Assembly: GCA_963785305.1 (NCBI GenBank)
Contig: CAWAUV010000007.1
Span: 640,001 to 704,000, forward strand
Direction: 5' to 3'
Origin: an uncultured Planctomycetaceae bacterium
GTDB lineage: Bacteria; Planctomycetota; Planctomycetia; Pirellulales; PALSA-1355
Length of the DNA stretch: 64,000 nucleotides
The translations under genes and the position numbers were made by a program. The notes below the pieces were generated by a model. That model was not told the DNA's origin. It made no database searches and saw only the letters and a program-made list of their open reading frames with translations. This document shows, in pieces, positions 62,680 through 64,000 of this stretch. Position 1 is the first letter of the stretch; the number at the start of each line of letters is the position of its first letter.

Positions 62680-63378
62680 ATGATGCCACGAACGAAGCAT
62701 GTCGAGCGACACTTTCAAGCGCCCGAGGCGGTGCGCGATATTGTGATCGGCATGTCCGATGGCCTGACGGTGCCTTTTGCCTTGGCCGCCGGGCTTTCCG
62801 GCGCGATCAACTCGCGCGAGGTGATTGTCACCGCCGGGTTGGCGGAGATCGCCGCCGGAGCGATCGCCATGGGCCTGGGTGGTTATCTCGCCGCCAAGAC
62901 CGACGCCGAGCACTACCACTCGGAACGGGCTCGCGAAGATCTCGAAACCCGCGAAATGCCCGAGCAAGAAGCGGCCGAAGTGAGCGAGGTGCTGCGATCC
63001 TATGGGCTCGAGGAGCCGCATCTCTCGCCGGTGATCAGCGCGATCTGCTCCGACCGGGAGCGGTGGATCGACTTCATGATGCGATTCGAGCTGGGGCTCG
63101 ATCCGCCCGATCCGAGACGCGCGGGTCGGAGCGCCGCCACGATCGCGCTGTCGTATGTCGTGGGCGGTCTCGCGCCCTTGGGACCGTATATGGTGTTCGA
63201 CTCGGTGCATTCGGCGTTGATCGCATCGATCGTGCTCACGCTCCTGGCGCTGTTCGTCTTTGGCTATGGCAAAGGACGATTCACCACGAATCGACCGCTT
63301 CGCAGCGCCTGGCAAACGGTGCTCGTGGGCGCACTGGCGGCGAGCGCGGCGTTTGGCATCGCCAAGGCAATCGCCTAG
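62680..63378 (+). CDS. VIT1/CCC1 iron/manganese transporter
   Basis: RDIVIGMSDGLTVPFALAAG, AGAIAMGLGGYLA and FMMRFELG motifs. Confidence 0.95.
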   Translation: MMPRTKHVERHFQAPEAVRDIVIGMSDGLTVPFALAAGLSGAINSREVIVTAGLAEIAAGAIAMGLGGYLAAKTDAEHYHSERAREDLETREMPEQEAAEVSEVLRSYGLEEPHLSPVISAICSDRERWIDFMMRFELGLDPPDPRRAGRSAATIALSYVVGGLAPLGPYMVFDSVHSALIASIVLTLLALFVFGYGKGRFTTNRPLRSAWQTVLVGALAASAAFGIAKAIA

Positions 63379-63396
63379 CGGTTCATCGTTTGCAAG

Positions 63397-64000
63397 TCAC
63401 GAAGCGCCATGGCCCGGGGAGTCGTCGAAACTCGCTTCGATCAGACGCCACGCGGCGGCCCAACCGACGCCGACCAGCCATCCGGCCACGACATCGCTCG
63501 GGTAATGCACGCCCAGCGCCACTCGACTGCCGCCGACCAGGAGCGCGAGCGTGGCCGCGAGTCCCAGGAACCACCACCGCAACCGCCGCCGCGGCTCGTG
63601 GCGAGCGAGCAGCATGCCAATGCTCAAAAATGTAAGCGCGCTGAGCAGCGAATGACCGCTCGGAAAGCTGCTCGACAGGGGATGCGTGAGCTCCGAGGGA
63701 AACGGGGGTCGAGCCCGATCGAACACGTGCTTAAGCCCTTCGCTCAAGATCGCGCCGACGCCACGGCCGCCGACAGCACGAGCGCCGGCCGGGAGCGTCG
63801 TAGGAGAGCCCAAGTACACACCGCCGCGAGCACCACGAACGTGATGATGGTTCCGCTTCCCAGGGCGCTCACATCGCGCACCGCCTCGGCGAACCAGATC
63901 GGTCCGCGGCAGACCCGGTTCGCTCGAGTTGCGCAAGCTTTGCACGGCCCACATATCCCATGCCCGCGTATGTCCGGCCGCCACGCAGTAAGCCAGCGCC
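63397..64000 (-). CDS. PAP2 family phosphatase, 5' truncated and frameshifted
   Basis: KHVFDRARP, SFPSGHS and SRVALGVHYPSDV motifs. Confidence 0.92.
   Translation of the reverse strand, partial: ALAYCVAAGHTRAWDMWAVQSLRNSSEPGLPRTDLVRRGGARCERPGKRNHHHVRGARGGVYLGSPTTLPAGARAVGGRGVGAILSEGLKHVFDRARPPFPSELTHPLSSSFPSGHSLLSALTFLSIGMLLARHEPRRRLRWWFLGLAATLALLVGGSRVALGVHYPSDVVAGWLVGVGWAAAWRLIEASFDDSPGHGAS

Overview
High-GC bacterial DNA, almost certainly Planctomycetota (Pirellulales-like). Markers are two DUF1559 prepilin-like genes, a PVC-type heme-binding CxxCH dehydrogenase, a BBP7-type beta-barrel, a DUF1570 protein and a giant surface protein with the planctomycete 'RxLxLExLExR' N-terminal motif. 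Most of the window is housekeeping (fba, ftsK, fabI, argH, ccsA-hemA, ispG, S41 and M20 peptidases) mixed with planctomycete envelope genes. Many genes, including ftsK and argH, carry single-base frameshifts that are most simply explained as uncorrected long-read indels. Most interesting: (1) a translationally coupled ABC/AAA_21 ATPase plus DUF4276/TOPRIM-like pair (candidate PARIS-like anti-phage module); (2) a dispersed, structured MITE/REP-like element with 19-bp terminal inverted repeats and covarying hairpins, with related copies at four intergenic sites; (3) a hidden small secreted His-rich peptide; (4) sigma54 promoters before an orphan ORF and a DUF1559-lipoprotein-ABC operon, plus a sensor-less sigma54 activator next to a HEAT/pseudo-receiver protein; (5) a 2580-aa adhesin with recent internal duplications; (6) an 8x14-bp tandem repeat upstream of fba. 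No rRNA, tRNA, CRISPR array or transposase was recognised. Family names come from motif recognition, not database searches.
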